Shown here: in pieces, positions 13,987 through 26,940 of the stretch
Numbering within the stretch: position 1 is the first letter of the stretch
How the letters are laid out: each line of letters starts with the position of its first letter
Source of the DNA: Eledone cirrhosa
Taxonomy: Eukaryota
DNA length: 64,000 nt
Reading direction: 5' to 3'
Assembly (NCBI GenBank): GCA_964016885.1
Contig: OZ024741.1
Coordinates: 391,220,001-391,284,000 of the forward strand
The notes under the pieces: model-generated
The model's input: the letters and a program-made list of their open reading frames with translations, nothing else
What the model was told of the DNA's origin: nothing
Databases searched by the model: none
Translations under genes and position numbers: made by a program

Positions 13987-14460
13987 TACATTATGAAGAG
14001 AGAAGAAACATTTAGATATAATTAGTAATAAAATGTATCATACCTAAACTGCTCCTAAATTCCTCGACTACGTCGTTTCGTGGCATAAACAAAAACAATA
14101 TATCATAAAGATATAGAGTCCTTGCGAGGTCTGCCGACTTATCAAGAGGATACCTCATTTTACTAGTCTCAAGAACGCGTCTACACGACGTGAGAAAGAA
14201 TCCCAAAAGGCGGAGGGGGAGATAGTCACGCGATATAACGGTCGAGAAACAGAGCTAAGCCTCTTATAACCCGAAGAAAATACCACGGAGGCGGAGGGGG
14301 TATTTATATCGAGGCCGTAGAAGAGGTGGTGAAGAAGATATCTTTATGATATATTGTTTTTGTTTATGCCACGAAACTACGTAGTCGAGGAATTTAGGAG
14401 CAGTTTAGGTATGATACATTTTATTACTAATTATATCTAAATGTTTCTTCTCTCTTCATA

Positions 14461-14465
<5 letters not shown>
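13987..14465. repeat. Inverted repeat, arms 13987-14114 and 14338-14465
   Basis: About 128-bp near-perfect reverse complements; arm contains the hammerhead 3' half GAAAC tacgta GTC gagg. Confidence 0.9.
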
Positions 14466-14527
<62 letters not shown>

Positions 14528-14574
14528 ATGATATATATATATATGTATGCACACATGGATGTATGTATGTAAGC

Positions 14575-14639
<65 letters not shown>

Positions 14640-14810
14640 AACCAGTAAGACCCCGACAGCTGAGCTCAAGCCGTTTCGAGAATTAGCCGTCGAAACGGCT
14701 TGAGCTCAGCTGTCGGGGTCTTACTGGTTCCTATTACCCACTCTACTACCTCAAGTATTGAGTACTTTGGTGCGTTATGGTCCACCTGGTTCCTTACCAC
14801 ATTTCCTTCG

Positions 14811-14851
<41 letters not shown>

Positions 14852-15381
14852 TAATAGCTCATATTAATTTTAAAAACTATTCTGTTGAGAGCTTAGTTCG
14901 TTTTGTGATATTTTGAAATTTTGCAATAACCACACATACTGAATTCATCCGCCAAGACTAGGGGTTGTCTCCCTTCTAACCCCCAACATGGGTTCAGATA
15001 ACGGTCAGTTCCTTAGCTTTGCATAGAACTAAATGCCTGTTGAAAAAGTGATTTCCTTGTTCGATCATCATACCAAAAGCTTAACATTATTTGTTTAAGC
15101 AGACAGTACCTGGTTTAGGAGTTGCAGAAACCCCATATTGGATTTTACCACCGTTTCCAGGGGTCCGGGTATAATTTTCAATCAAATTTTATTAATTGTT
15201 TGACCCGAATAGCTTTGTCGTTTCTATAGCTTTGCGGATAATGGTTTAACTATCGTCTCAGTGAGTTTGGCCTTTTAACGTACGTTGTTGCTCTAGTTCA
15301 CTCGTTGGTATTGAGCGCTTGCCACACATCTCGGATGTTGTTTTTCTCTAATTTCCAATAGCTGAAATTAGATTCTCGCTA

Positions 15382-15452
<71 letters not shown>

Positions 15453-15453
<1 letters not shown>

Positions 15454-16383
15454 TAGCAAAAGTGCCCGGCGTTGCTCAGAGTTTAATTGCTTTAAAGTAC
15501 TCTTAATGATTCCACTCAATTATGATTATTGAGCCAAAGAAAGTAAATGCGGGTAAGCAAGGAAGGGGGGGGGGCGAAAACTTTCAATTGAACAGTGAAT
15601 AAGTGGAAAGTGAGTACCAAGTAAGTTGTATGATGAATGCACGTCAAATAGTAGGTTAAACCTGTAAGTCAAGCCCCTCTGAGTTATAGCACAAAAGAGC
15701 GTAAACAGGGGCGATAATTTAGAACACACTGGAAAAAAAATCATCAAAATCGGACGTTCCTGAAAAAGGTTTTCTCATTATTTTTTTGTCTCATATTGCT
15801 AAAAACAAAGAAAAAAAATTACAAAAAGGACAACAATAAAATATAATGTCTTTGTTGAGATTCAAGTAAATAAATGCTTAAGCGTCGTTATGACTACGTT
15901 TGTTGTATAAATTCATCTGTTGCTTTTGAATATTTGTTATTTGATGTAAAATGTAAGGTGAGCGTCGTTATGACTATGTTTGTTGTTGTATAAATTGATG
16001 TGTTGCTTAGTTTTCAAAGTTTATGTCGCGTTCCTGAACGAAGTTTTGTCGCTGTTAGAGTTGCAGAGGAGATTGAGAGGGGAGTAGAGAGATGGATGAA
16101 CCTTTTAAAAAGAGTTGCAACATGTATGTAGTTTCATCGATCTTTGAGGGTAGTAGAGAGAGGGATTAAGCGTGTAAGAGAGAGGGTTACAGCATGTATT
16201 TAGTTTAATCGATTTTTTTTTCATAGAAGCAGGAAACTTTTGGCAAAGTTTATTAAGCGTTGACCATCGTTGGTAAATTTGGAGCACATTGGAAAAAAAT
16301 CATCAAAATCGGTAGAGAAATGTGGAAATGCATAAAAATCATACACACACAGACAGACATCTTCCGTTTTATATATATAGAGA
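15453..16383 (-). mobile_element. Non-autonomous Helitron
   Basis: Minus strand starts A|TCTCTATATATATAAAACGGAAGATGTCTGTCTG and ends with imperfect hairpin gagcaacgccggg..CTAG|T. Confidence 0.8.
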
Positions 16384-16389
16384 TATATG

Positions 16390-17031
<642 letters not shown>

Positions 17032-17114
17032 GTGAGTTCTATTTGAATAGTCAAATAGAACTCACAACATTAAGTTCTTGTCTGAATATGTCACTATCTG
17101 TAAACCAATTTTTG

Positions 17115-17175
17115 TATTTTATCTGATGAGAGCGTACCAAAATTTTAGTACCCTTGAAATATATATAATAAAATA
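17115..17175 (+). ncRNA. Type I hammerhead ribozyme
   Basis: tattttat CTGATGA gagcgtac..gtaccctt GAAAT atat ATA ataaaata; 8-bp helix I; homologue at 52496-52561 (-). Confidence 0.8.
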
Positions 17176-17358
17176 AATATGGTTTTATAAAGAGAGCTTC
17201 CATTTATTAATATTATTGATATTATACTCCAGAAAAAACTTGTTGAGCGCTTCTAATCTGTTATAAATTAAATTTGTTGAATAATCAACAAATTAAATAA
17301 CTTATTGCTTATATATATATATGTGTGAGAAAAACCACAGACCCTCCATCTCAACTCA

Positions 17359-17396
17359 CCTTTTGAAAAGCAGAAGAACTGCGAAACCGGTAAAGG
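17359..17396 (+). ncRNA. Degenerate minimal hammerhead
   Basis: cctt TTGAAAA gcag aagaa ctgc GAAAC cg GTA aagg; two core mismatches. Confidence 0.55.
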
Positions 17397-17527
17397 AACC
17401 AAATATATATATATATTTTTTTTAAAAATAAGACTCCAGTTGCATTTTCGATTTCATCTCTTTTTCTTTATACTTTCACTCGTGTAGGACACCTCGGTTA
17501 TTTTTCATTTTGTAAAAAAAACCTCAC

Positions 17528-17558
<31 letters not shown>

Positions 17559-17796
17559 GGGAGTGTAACTTGGAGTTACTGCAGGTTCACCCGGGTGAGC
17601 ATTCGATGTTTAGGTTCACTTCTGTGTTGAGGTGTAGAGCTATACAGAGTGTATTATATTGAAAGGATAACAAGGACGATTGATTACTCCTTCATTACAT
17701 TTATTGGTAAGTGACGCACGTTTCGCCACTTATCAGCTCGAGGTTCGATCTGTATCGATCTTACCCGACTCTATAATCGGCATATATATATATATA

Positions 17797-18693
17797 TAGA
17801 AAAGATGAATATAAAATGAAAGTGCTTTTTTTAAAAAGGAATTTATTAGGTATTGACATATTTTTCTGTAACAGACGGAATACCTATGTATCGCTGCTTG
17901 CGTAATCATATAATGTTAGCAAGTATTCGATAGCAAATGTATAATCAGTTGTCACTTCTTCAGAGATTTTGGATAAATTGGATAAAATCAGAAAAATTGA
18001 AGTATTTATATTAGTAATAGAGGAAGAAGAGTGGGGATAGTATATGACAGATGGTAATTCAATTTACTGCTAAACAAGTATATAAAGGGTTTCTAATGAG
18101 AATACCATGAGTAAATGGTTCATTTTATCTAAATAAGAATTTTTGCTATAGATAAAATGAGATTTCTGATTTCTTAATTCAATTCCCTAATGCACATACC
18201 AGCTGGCTACTAGCATTGTTGTTATTTAGTAGCAATCGAAATCTCCCCCTTCCTCAATTGACACTTTATAATTAATACTACTACACCAAATGACCAGCCC
18301 TGTCCACTGTCCAATTGGTCAAGTAGAGATTAAAATTGGCACTCCCAAAAATTCTTATTTAGATAAAATGAACCATTTACTCATGGTATTCTCATTAGAA
18401 ACCCTTTATATACTTGTTTAGCAGTAAATTGAATTACCATCTGTCATATACTATCCCCTCTCTTCTTCCTCTATTACTAATATAAATACTTCAATTTTTC
18501 TGATTTTATCCAATTTATCCAAAATCTCTGAAGAAGTGACAACTGATTATACATTTGCTATCGAATACTTGCTAACATTATATGATTACGCAAGCAGCGA
18601 TACATAGGTATTCCGTCTGTTACAGAAACATATGTCAATACCTAATAAATTCCTTTTTAAAAAAAGCACTTTCATTTTATATTCATCTTTTCT
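17797..18693. repeat. Inverted repeat, arms 17797-18145 and 18346-18693
   Basis: About 350-bp near-perfect arms with 200-bp spacer; right arm holds hammerhead-like CTGAAGA agtgaca..tgttaca GAAAC atat GTC (18528-18636) with poor helix I. Confidence 0.92.
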
Positions 18694-18796
18694 ACATTTT
18701 ATCCGGAATATAATTTATACTCGTTGAGCAAACCTGCACGTACGCTGTTCATCTCTAACGTAACGATATATTATCACTACATTATTGATAACCTGA

Positions 18797-18874
<78 letters not shown>

Positions 18875-19449
18875 GCTGCAGTACCCGTTAATACCCGGGA
18901 AAAGTGGGGTTATTTGAAGTTCCCAGAGTGCGCCTGAAAATGCTAGCGACCCTGGGTGCCCATACTGGATTTTCAATAGCAACCTTTGCTAGGTGTGTTT
19001 ACGGCAGATCAATTTTTTGTGTAGAACTATCAATAGCTGTTTAAGTCATAAGTTCTTCTTCCACCCAGCTTTCTTCATTTAGTGTGAATAAGCCGGGGAA
19101 GTTTGAGATCGAAGAGTATCGATATTATTCAACAAACTTATGTATAAGAATAGCAAACTTACAGCCTTAGCGTTCAAGAACAAGTACAGAACAATTGAGG
19201 AAATCATCGCAATTATTGAAGAAATTTTAACCGAGGGAACATATTCAGGCACTGTTCAAGTACCCTGTATATCACCGTTTGTAAAGCCCTTCGAATACTG
19301 AAGCAATTCAATAAAACCATCCCGTTTTCCCCTATAGTAAACATAATATACATAATATACATACATACACATCTACACACACACTCACATATACATACAT
19401 ACACATCAACACACACACATATGTATTCATATCTACTCAAGTATTTAAG

Positions 19450-21352
19450 TTCACATATACATTGAAATCGTAGTGTACGTCCGAGGGTTGTTCTTTTCTT
19501 GAACGATCGAATGTTTGAAAGTGTGAGTGTCATCCACTTGTATTTGGATTTTTTTTCTCTCTTTTTTTCAATATCCGATTTTTTAAAAAAAGAGAATCCC
19601 ATTATTGGAAGATGGAATATGATTTTTTTTGTGTTCAGTAGCGGTTTGTACTTTCTAATGAAGAATTCTTCTTTATATTTCCGGAAATGTTCGTTGTCCT
19701 ACCATATCTTAAAGAAGGGGAAGATTGTGAATTTTCCCTTCCTGCATGATGCGAAGTGTTCACTGCATGTAGTGTTTCTGACAGAGGGGTCTCTAATCTG
19801 TTGTTTATGGCCACGAATTCTGTCATGTAGATCGCTTTGGTTTCACCAATGTAGTATTCTTTACATTGTGGGCAGGTTGCACAATAAATAAATTTTCTTT
19901 TTCTTCTAAATTTCACTGTTTTTAAAGGAGATTTGGCCACCCTCTTCAATGTATTCACCAGTTCCGCATCGAGGGTCCCCGCATTTCTTAACTTGCATTG
20001 TTTAATTGTCAGACATAAATTTCGTCTTGGTAAGCAACTTTTTTAGGTTGGGTGCTTGGCATCTTCTATATATTATTTGTGAGTCTTTTATGAGTGCATT
20101 CATTTTGGGAGACTGCTGGAGTATCGGGAGATATTGTTTGGCGGCTTTCACAATGTTGAAGTTCCTTGGATTGTGAGTGATGACAAAAGGAATAACTGTT
20201 TTTTCCATTTTATTTTGTTGCTTTGTTTTTCTCAGTGTTGTCACTGGGATGTTCTGGGCTTTGGAGATGGCTGTGTTGATGAGGTTCACCGGATATTGTC
20301 GTTTGAGGAACTCTTTTAGTTCATATAATCTTTTTTCCTGTAGTTAGGGGTGTGTTACTATGGTGCAAATGCGTCTTGCCATGTTAAAGGGAATGTTTCT
20401 TTTTGTATGTGAGGGGGTGAGCTGATCGGAAATTCAAGTATTAGTGTGTGTCTGTAGGTTTGTAAAATAAGTCTGTTTTGATATTTTCCCCCTCTTTAAT
20501 GATAAGGATATTCAGAAACGGTAGTTCCTTTTTATTACATTCCATGGTAAATTATATTGCTTCGTGAAGCCTGTTTAAATAGGATGGAATCTTTGCAGGT
20601 CTTCTTGGCTTCTATTCCAGAAGATGAAGCAGTCGTCTAGGTAACGTTTCTAGCTGTTATTAATGTAGGTGGCGAAGTCGTAACTGTACGTTTCCTGCAG
20701 CTGGGAATATAATTTTGCCTCTAGGTGATCTATAACGAGTGTTGGGACTACTTTGGTGCCCATGGCTATTCCTTTTATTTGTAAATAAAGTTCGTTATTA
20801 AAGAGGAAGTGGTTGTTATCCAATACTAATTTGAATACTTCCAAATCTCAGAGAGATTTCCAACTCTTTTGGGAATCTCTCTGAAATGTAATCTAGGTGT
20901 TTTGTAATCCAGAAGCCAACAGCTTCAATTCCTAAGTCGTGTGGGATGTTAGAGTATATAAGCTTGTTACGTCAAAGCTGCCTAAGATTGTTTCTTGATA
21001 TACTTGGGATATAGTTCAGGAATTCCATATCATCTCTGATGAAGCTTGGCACTTTTTTACATAAGGGTTTCAATATAATGCCTAATAGGTTGCTTAGACG
21101 TTGTGTGCTTGAGGGTGGACCAGCAACAATTGGGCGTAATTTTAAATCTGACAGTTTTGGTACTTTGACATATGATGTATTTTTGCCTTTTATGTTGTTC
21201 TGGATTTCTCTGGATTTGTGAACTTTCTGCAATCCATAAACATTGGTAGTTTTCATTCCGAAGTTGGTTAAATAATTGATTTCCTTCATCGATATTCTTT
21301 CTTCCCTTTTGCTTATTTTCCTATAAAAACCCTCGTCGTTCAACTGTTCTAG

Positions 21353-21355
<3 letters not shown>
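19450..21355 (-). mobile_element. Penelope-like element, degraded RT + GIY-YIG
   Basis: [56 protein letters not shown] and FIYCATCPQCKEYYIGETK in successive broken frames; 5'-truncated at (TA)n. Confidence 0.92.
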
Positions 21356-21429
<74 letters not shown>

Positions 21430-21476
21430 ATGATATATATATATATGTATGCACACATGGATGTATGTATGTAAGC

Positions 21477-21515
<39 letters not shown>

Positions 21516-21556
21516 TACATACATGCTTACATACATACATGTGTGCATACATACAG

Positions 21557-21905
21557 GATGGCTGCCCCTTCGTTATCGAGTATAGCCATTGCCCGATATA
21601 ATATTATTAATAATTATCAATTAAAGCTATCGACCAATGCCTGTGTGTGAAGATTATTTTTAAAGTGAGGAAAGACTGTGCACTGAGCCAATCCCACTCT
21701 CTGAGCAACAGTAGCTATAACCCGAAAAGAAGAAAAGATCAACATCATCGGTTACTACTGAGCCACAGGTTTTATGTCGGAGTTATCCCAGTTTCTTGAG
21801 TTGTCTTCTCCTAGAAGAATGCCCTGACAAAGGTTAGAGGTCCTTCACTCCCAGTGGTTTAACCGCGTGATCGGGTATCCAGCCCGATTATTTCTATGTC
21901 CCCGC
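21557..21905 (-). mobile_element. Non-autonomous RTE-derived element (subfamily 2), 5'-truncated
   Basis: Reverse complement matches about 16610-16924; TATG-type tail at 21511-21556. Confidence 0.72.
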
Positions 21906-21952
21906 GCATATACATACACATGCATACATGTATATACATGTATGTATATATA

Positions 21953-22157
21953 TGCTATCGTCTTATTTTGACTAAAGAAATTAAAGAAATTATTTAGCCT
22001 GATAGTGGGGTTAAGAACCCTTGGAGAAATGGAAAAAGATGAGTATTGACGTACATGTACGTCAATACTCATCTCTTTCCATTTCTCCGAGGGTTCTTAA
22101 CCCCACTATCAGGCTAAATAATTTCTTTAATTTCTTTAGTCAAAATACGGCAATAGC
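21953..22157. repeat. Near-perfect spacerless palindrome, about 200 bp
   Basis: Centred on gtacatgtac (22051-22060); arms reverse-complementary with few mismatches. Confidence 0.93.
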
Positions 22158-22339
22158 TTACATTTCTAATAATATCAAACCCACCCGCTGTTTCGAAAAT
22201 ATTCTGACTATATATATAGAAGGCAGTGATTTTTTCAGTGTCTTGGAATTTAGTCCCCACTTGCTCTTTTCCATTCACTGAATTCTTTTTATATAAGTTC
22301 CCTGTGTTCGCGCATCGCCAGGTATCTTAGCTGAGAATG

Positions 22340-22421
22340 ACTCCCTGATGAAGAAAAGGTTTCTCCATGTCTCTATTTGGAGACTATGTATATTCCCTTT
22401 CAGAAACTAATTAGTTGGAGT
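22340..22421 (+). ncRNA. Type I hammerhead with extended helix II
   Basis: actcc CTGATGA agaaaagg..cctttca GAAAC taatta GTT ggagt; related upstream segment repeats at 22635-22740. Confidence 0.7.
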
Positions 22422-22742
22422 GAAATTTAAGTAAGTAAGCTAATTACTATAATTTTCTTATTTTACGTTTTTCATATAATTGTTCTCCATCCCCTTGCAT
22501 TAAACCTCAAAGTTACTAAGACAAAACCTATATATTTGCTTGCATAGGTATACATCTGTATATATATGTTGGTAGATATACTAATTCTTTATGTATATAT
22601 ATATATGTATATATATATATGTATATATATATAGTCCCCGCTAGCTTTATTCCATCCACTGAATTATTTTTATATGGGTTCCTAGTGTCCGCGCATTGCC
22701 TGGGAACTTAGCTGAGAATAGACTCCCTGATTAGGTAAGGAC

Positions 22743-22781
<39 letters not shown>

Positions 22782-24289
22782 AAGAATTAGTATATCTACC
22801 AACATATATATACAGATGTATACCTATGCAAGCAAATATATAGGTTTTGTCTTAGTAAATTTGTGGTTCAATGCAAGAGGATGCAGAACAATTATATGAA
22901 AAACGTAAAATAAGAAAGATCTAGTATCAAATATAAATATTTGGAAATTATAGCTCACCTAAGCACAGGCGTTTGTGAGCGAAACCTCTCGCATAGAAAA
23001 TATTTAATCAGAGAAAATAAAATAAAACAAACCTAGCTAATATGTAATTTTTAGAGGTACCATCTTTACTCCCCACCCCAAAAAGGCTCCCGTGTGCTTG
23101 CTCTTTCTGCAGTTATTACGAACGAACGAAAAATAAACGTTCCAGTAAATGTTATTCTTAACGTCCTGTACCACAAGAAACTGCAATAGTGAGACATTCT
23201 TGAAAAGAACAAAACAGCACTATGACTGCAGCACATTAAAAAATAAAATCTTTAGTTTAAAGCAAATTTTCACAACCTGTCCGCTAGTAAATATTCTATA
23301 CACCTTTGAATTAACAAACCTGTTTTTAAATATTTTCTAAATCACTCAGGATGTAATATTAGTACTGTTATATTTATTAAATACTATAAAAGATATTCTT
23401 TTCGGCTGACGAATTGGCTCATTTGATGAATTGGTATTTGTTCCAGCTCATTGCACATTGAGATCAAATCAACTTTGTTTTTCATCCTCTCGGGGGTTGA
23501 TAAATAAAATATTAATTCATGGGGAGTGGATTAGTGGAATTGTGCCATCTGATTCAGATCTATATGTTCTGAGTTAAAGTCTCGCCTCTCTCTGCCATAA
23601 GTTTCAGCCGGCATATAGTATCAGCTGTGGAAAGACCAACTGAAACATGTTTTACTTGGTTCAATCTGACGATCGGTTCCTTTCTTTAAAGGAGAAATAG
23701 AATTACCTATGACTTTCGCAGTGTGTCTGATAGCCCGATATTTGTGTAAGAAAGGGAGGTGTATTGAAGAATGTATGAGCAGTCCGTCGATGAACTGGTC
23801 GGCGATTTTTTCTTCGGCGCTAAGGTCCAGCAAAGACATATCCAAGTAGACTGTATGGTTTCTGCCGTTACTTAACCTCAGCGACAAGGAAATGATTGTT
23901 TTGTTTTTGTTGTAGTTACTTTCTGTTGATTCTTGGTTCAGTTAAAATGTAAATGTAAAAGCTCTTTCTAATGGATGATGAAATATCCTGTTTCCACATT
24001 ACAGGCGAGCCTTTACATACGCATATTTGATAAGATACCACAAACTTTTAATAAGTAAAAACTAACACACGTAATGTAGTGAACCAAAAATAATTTCTAA
24101 TCAATTAAAACCACACCAGTAATAATAAGAAATGGCATTGACAACAATGCCATTTTTTATATATTGAATTCATAATGAGATACCCTCTCCCCAGCATACA
24201 CACTAAAAGTGTATGAGGAGAACACTCAACGATGGGTAAGTGAACACAGTTTGCACACACATTGGAGTAGCCCTGCACCTCGCCTTCGC

Positions 24290-24830
24290 GTGCATGAGCC
24301 ACAGAAATGCCACTGTTCTGTTATTGACGAGTTCGGTCTACACACGCTATCATGCCGCCATAGTGCAGGCTGGTCCCCCCGACATGCTGCTCTGAACGAC
24401 ATTATAAGAGCGAGTCTCGACGCAGCCGGTTTCAGGTCACAACTGAAGCCGACTGGCCTCGGCCGTGATGATGGTAAAGGACCTGACAGAATAGCCCTCT
24501 TCTCATTCGAAGGAGATAAATCCCTAATCTGTGACACGACATGCAGCGACTCGTTCTGCGCCTCCAGCCTTGTCGCGTCAGCCCCCACCGCAGAGGAGAG
24601 GAAGATAACTGAATATCGGGGCTTGACCACCGACCTCTTCCTTTACGTACCGGTCGCTGTCGAGACCTTTCGTGTCATTTGTCACCACGCTGTCGATTAC
24701 CTCTGTAAAACTGGAGAGACAGCAGCCCTCCTGAGGAAGGAGCCCAGTGAGATGGGGTGGCTGTTGCAGCGCGTGTCACTGACCATTCTCGGTGGCAATA
24801 ACTTTGCCATTTTATCCGCAGAGTGCAGTT
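24290..24830 (+). mobile_element. 3' fragment of CRE-clade RLE retrotransposon
   Basis: CHC..DEFGLHTLSC..RHAALNDII..RDDGKGPD..DTTCSDS..AEERK..Y..VPVAVETF..LTILGGN; a smaller relic lies at 50105-50240. Confidence 0.8.
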
Positions 24831-25259
24831 GTAACACCGCTCACACTGGGCTGTAGAGTCTGTCATCCCTCCCCCTTTTCCTTTCGTTGCTTAATTCCCT
24901 TTTTTTTTCACTCTTTTTCTTGTTTTCCTCTCTTTTGTTTTGTTTCCTTATTGCCATGTATATTGTATATATATATTTTTTATCACTAAATATTTTGTAT
25001 TGCAATAAATTCTAAATTTGCTAAGTGAAACACACCGAAATGCTGTCTATTTAACAGCATAAGCGGAATGGACCTGCAACAGTTTCAACAATGAGTATTC
25101 TAGTTGTTCAATCAATGGAATAGCCTACTCATGAGATTAACATGTAAGTGACTGAACATTCCAGAGACATGTGTACCTTTAATATAATTTTCCGCACAAG
25201 ACAGTGTGTGACACAGTGATCTTTTGAATTACAGGTAAAGTCCTTCTCACGAAATTCCA

Positions 25260-26715
25260 AATATCATAGAAGGAATTTGATACGGGAGGGCCCCTGATGA
25301 ACTTGGAGCAATCGAAAGTTTTCGATAAGATCGACCATCCATACCTTGCGGCTATCGTCAGGGTGGTGGGTTTCAGTTCGGTCTTCAGAGGATGGATTGT
25401 TGCAATGTACAGTGACATCTGCTCGGTGGTCAAAGTGAATGGCCACTTATTGGAGTCGTCCAGTATCATACGATCAGTTGCCCACAGATGTCTCTTTTCG
25501 TCTTTCTTGTACATATTAATTCTAGAGACATTACTGCACAAGTTGGAGTTGCTGAGTCGCACCCGGCGCGAACTAAGATGTGGGAGATTCGTGTCGGCAA
25601 AAAGATAAAATGCAAAAGTCGGGGGACCTGCAGCTCGGGACCTTGGAGGCAGGTCTCATACAACCCAGCAGAGGATTTAAGCGAGTTAAGTTGTTCGGTA
25701 TCTGATTCTGTCCAGAACGCCAGGTGGATAAAAAAAACTAGGACGAAGTAACGAGCAGGATGGCGGCTCTCACACAGAAATGGGATGAAATGAAACTATC
25801 CCTGAAAGTTTAGGCGGAGGCGGCGAATGCTTGCGCCCATACATATACTACCACTTGATTGTCGTTCCACACCCGACGGCACTGGAGCGCCTGCTCTTTC
25901 ACTTTTTATGGAAGAGACACGTCCCAATGATCAGGCAGTCTATTTGCTATCGACAGCCGCTGAGTGGAGGACTGAGCATGCTGTGGCTGATGATGAGATG
26001 ACATACGCTGAGGTTACGATATCTCCAGCGTTTCCTTGGCGATGAACAAGTATGGTTGCCATTAATCAGGCAAGTGTTTCCCCAGTTCGCCTCATGGGCG
26101 TAGCCGCAGTACTTGATCAAGCAAAGACTGAGACGGAGCGCTTAGTAATTGTAATGTCTTAAGGTGCTCACAACACTTTAAGAGTAGTCGGATATTGCGA
26201 TCGATGGAAAATCTACTTCGGCGTTTTATAGGTTTGAGGCGGGGAAAAGCAATGAAGTTTGGGGGGAGATTCTAGGCGGGGAAGGCGACTAACTAACCCC
26301 TCATTTCTAGGTTACTTTCAAACCAGACCCAATTAATTACTTCCAGCGGCATTTCCGATTCATGATAAACTCTATAGGCATGGAAGTTCTGTCAGTCAGG
26401 CATACTCGAGATGCGCACACGGGTACGTAACCGTCCTGTCCTATGTCCGATCATCGTTGACTTTTGAAGCTATGTTGTACAGCTGCTGTGTGTTTAAGAT
26501 ATATACAGATATCGGCTGAGTTTATCGGGAACATAGCGTCACCATCTTTCTTTGGTTGGGAAATGCAGGCAGTTTTCAACTGTTTGGTGGCGAAAGAGGT
26601 TATGGGATTAAGGACAGACCCTTTCCTCTTCGGCGAAGACCTGATTAACTTTACAAGTTTCACTTGAAGAGGAAATCAGGTTAGAGAAGGAAGTGCTGCT
26701 TTCCAGCTAGTTTGT
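25260..26715 (+). pseudogene. Old degraded Tx1-like ORF2 fragment
   Basis: NLEQSKVFDKIDHPYLAA..FRGWI.. colinear with about 30860-32505 but with many stops and indels. Confidence 0.85.
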
Positions 26716-26780
26716 TGATATCATCATCATCGTCGTCGTCGTCGTCGTCGTCGTCGTTATCATTATTATTATTATTATTT

Positions 26781-26898
26781 ACGGTTTGAGTTCAAATCCC
26801 GCTGAGGTTAACTTTGCCTTTCATCCTTACGGGGTCGATAAAATAAAGTACTAGTAATGTACTGGGTAATTGCTGGCCTTGTGCCTAAAGTAGAAACA

Positions 26899-26900
<2 letters not shown>
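26781..26900 (+). mobile_element. 5'-truncated SINE family 1 ending in (ATT)n
   Basis: B box gagttcaaatcc, core ctttgcctttcatccttacggggtcgataaaataaagtac (resembles the Meta-SINE domain), tail gtagaaac + (ATT)n. Confidence 0.85.

Positions 26901-26940
<40 letters not shown>

Noticed and set aside
15025-15150. Hammerhead in the TA-bounded repeat whose end recurs at 52320-52410
   Set aside because: CTGTTGA and GAAAC are present but helices I and III do not pair convincingly
18871-18900. Further Helitron ends (also near 50912)
   Set aside because: CTAG and hairpin are degenerate and no matching 5' end could be confirmed
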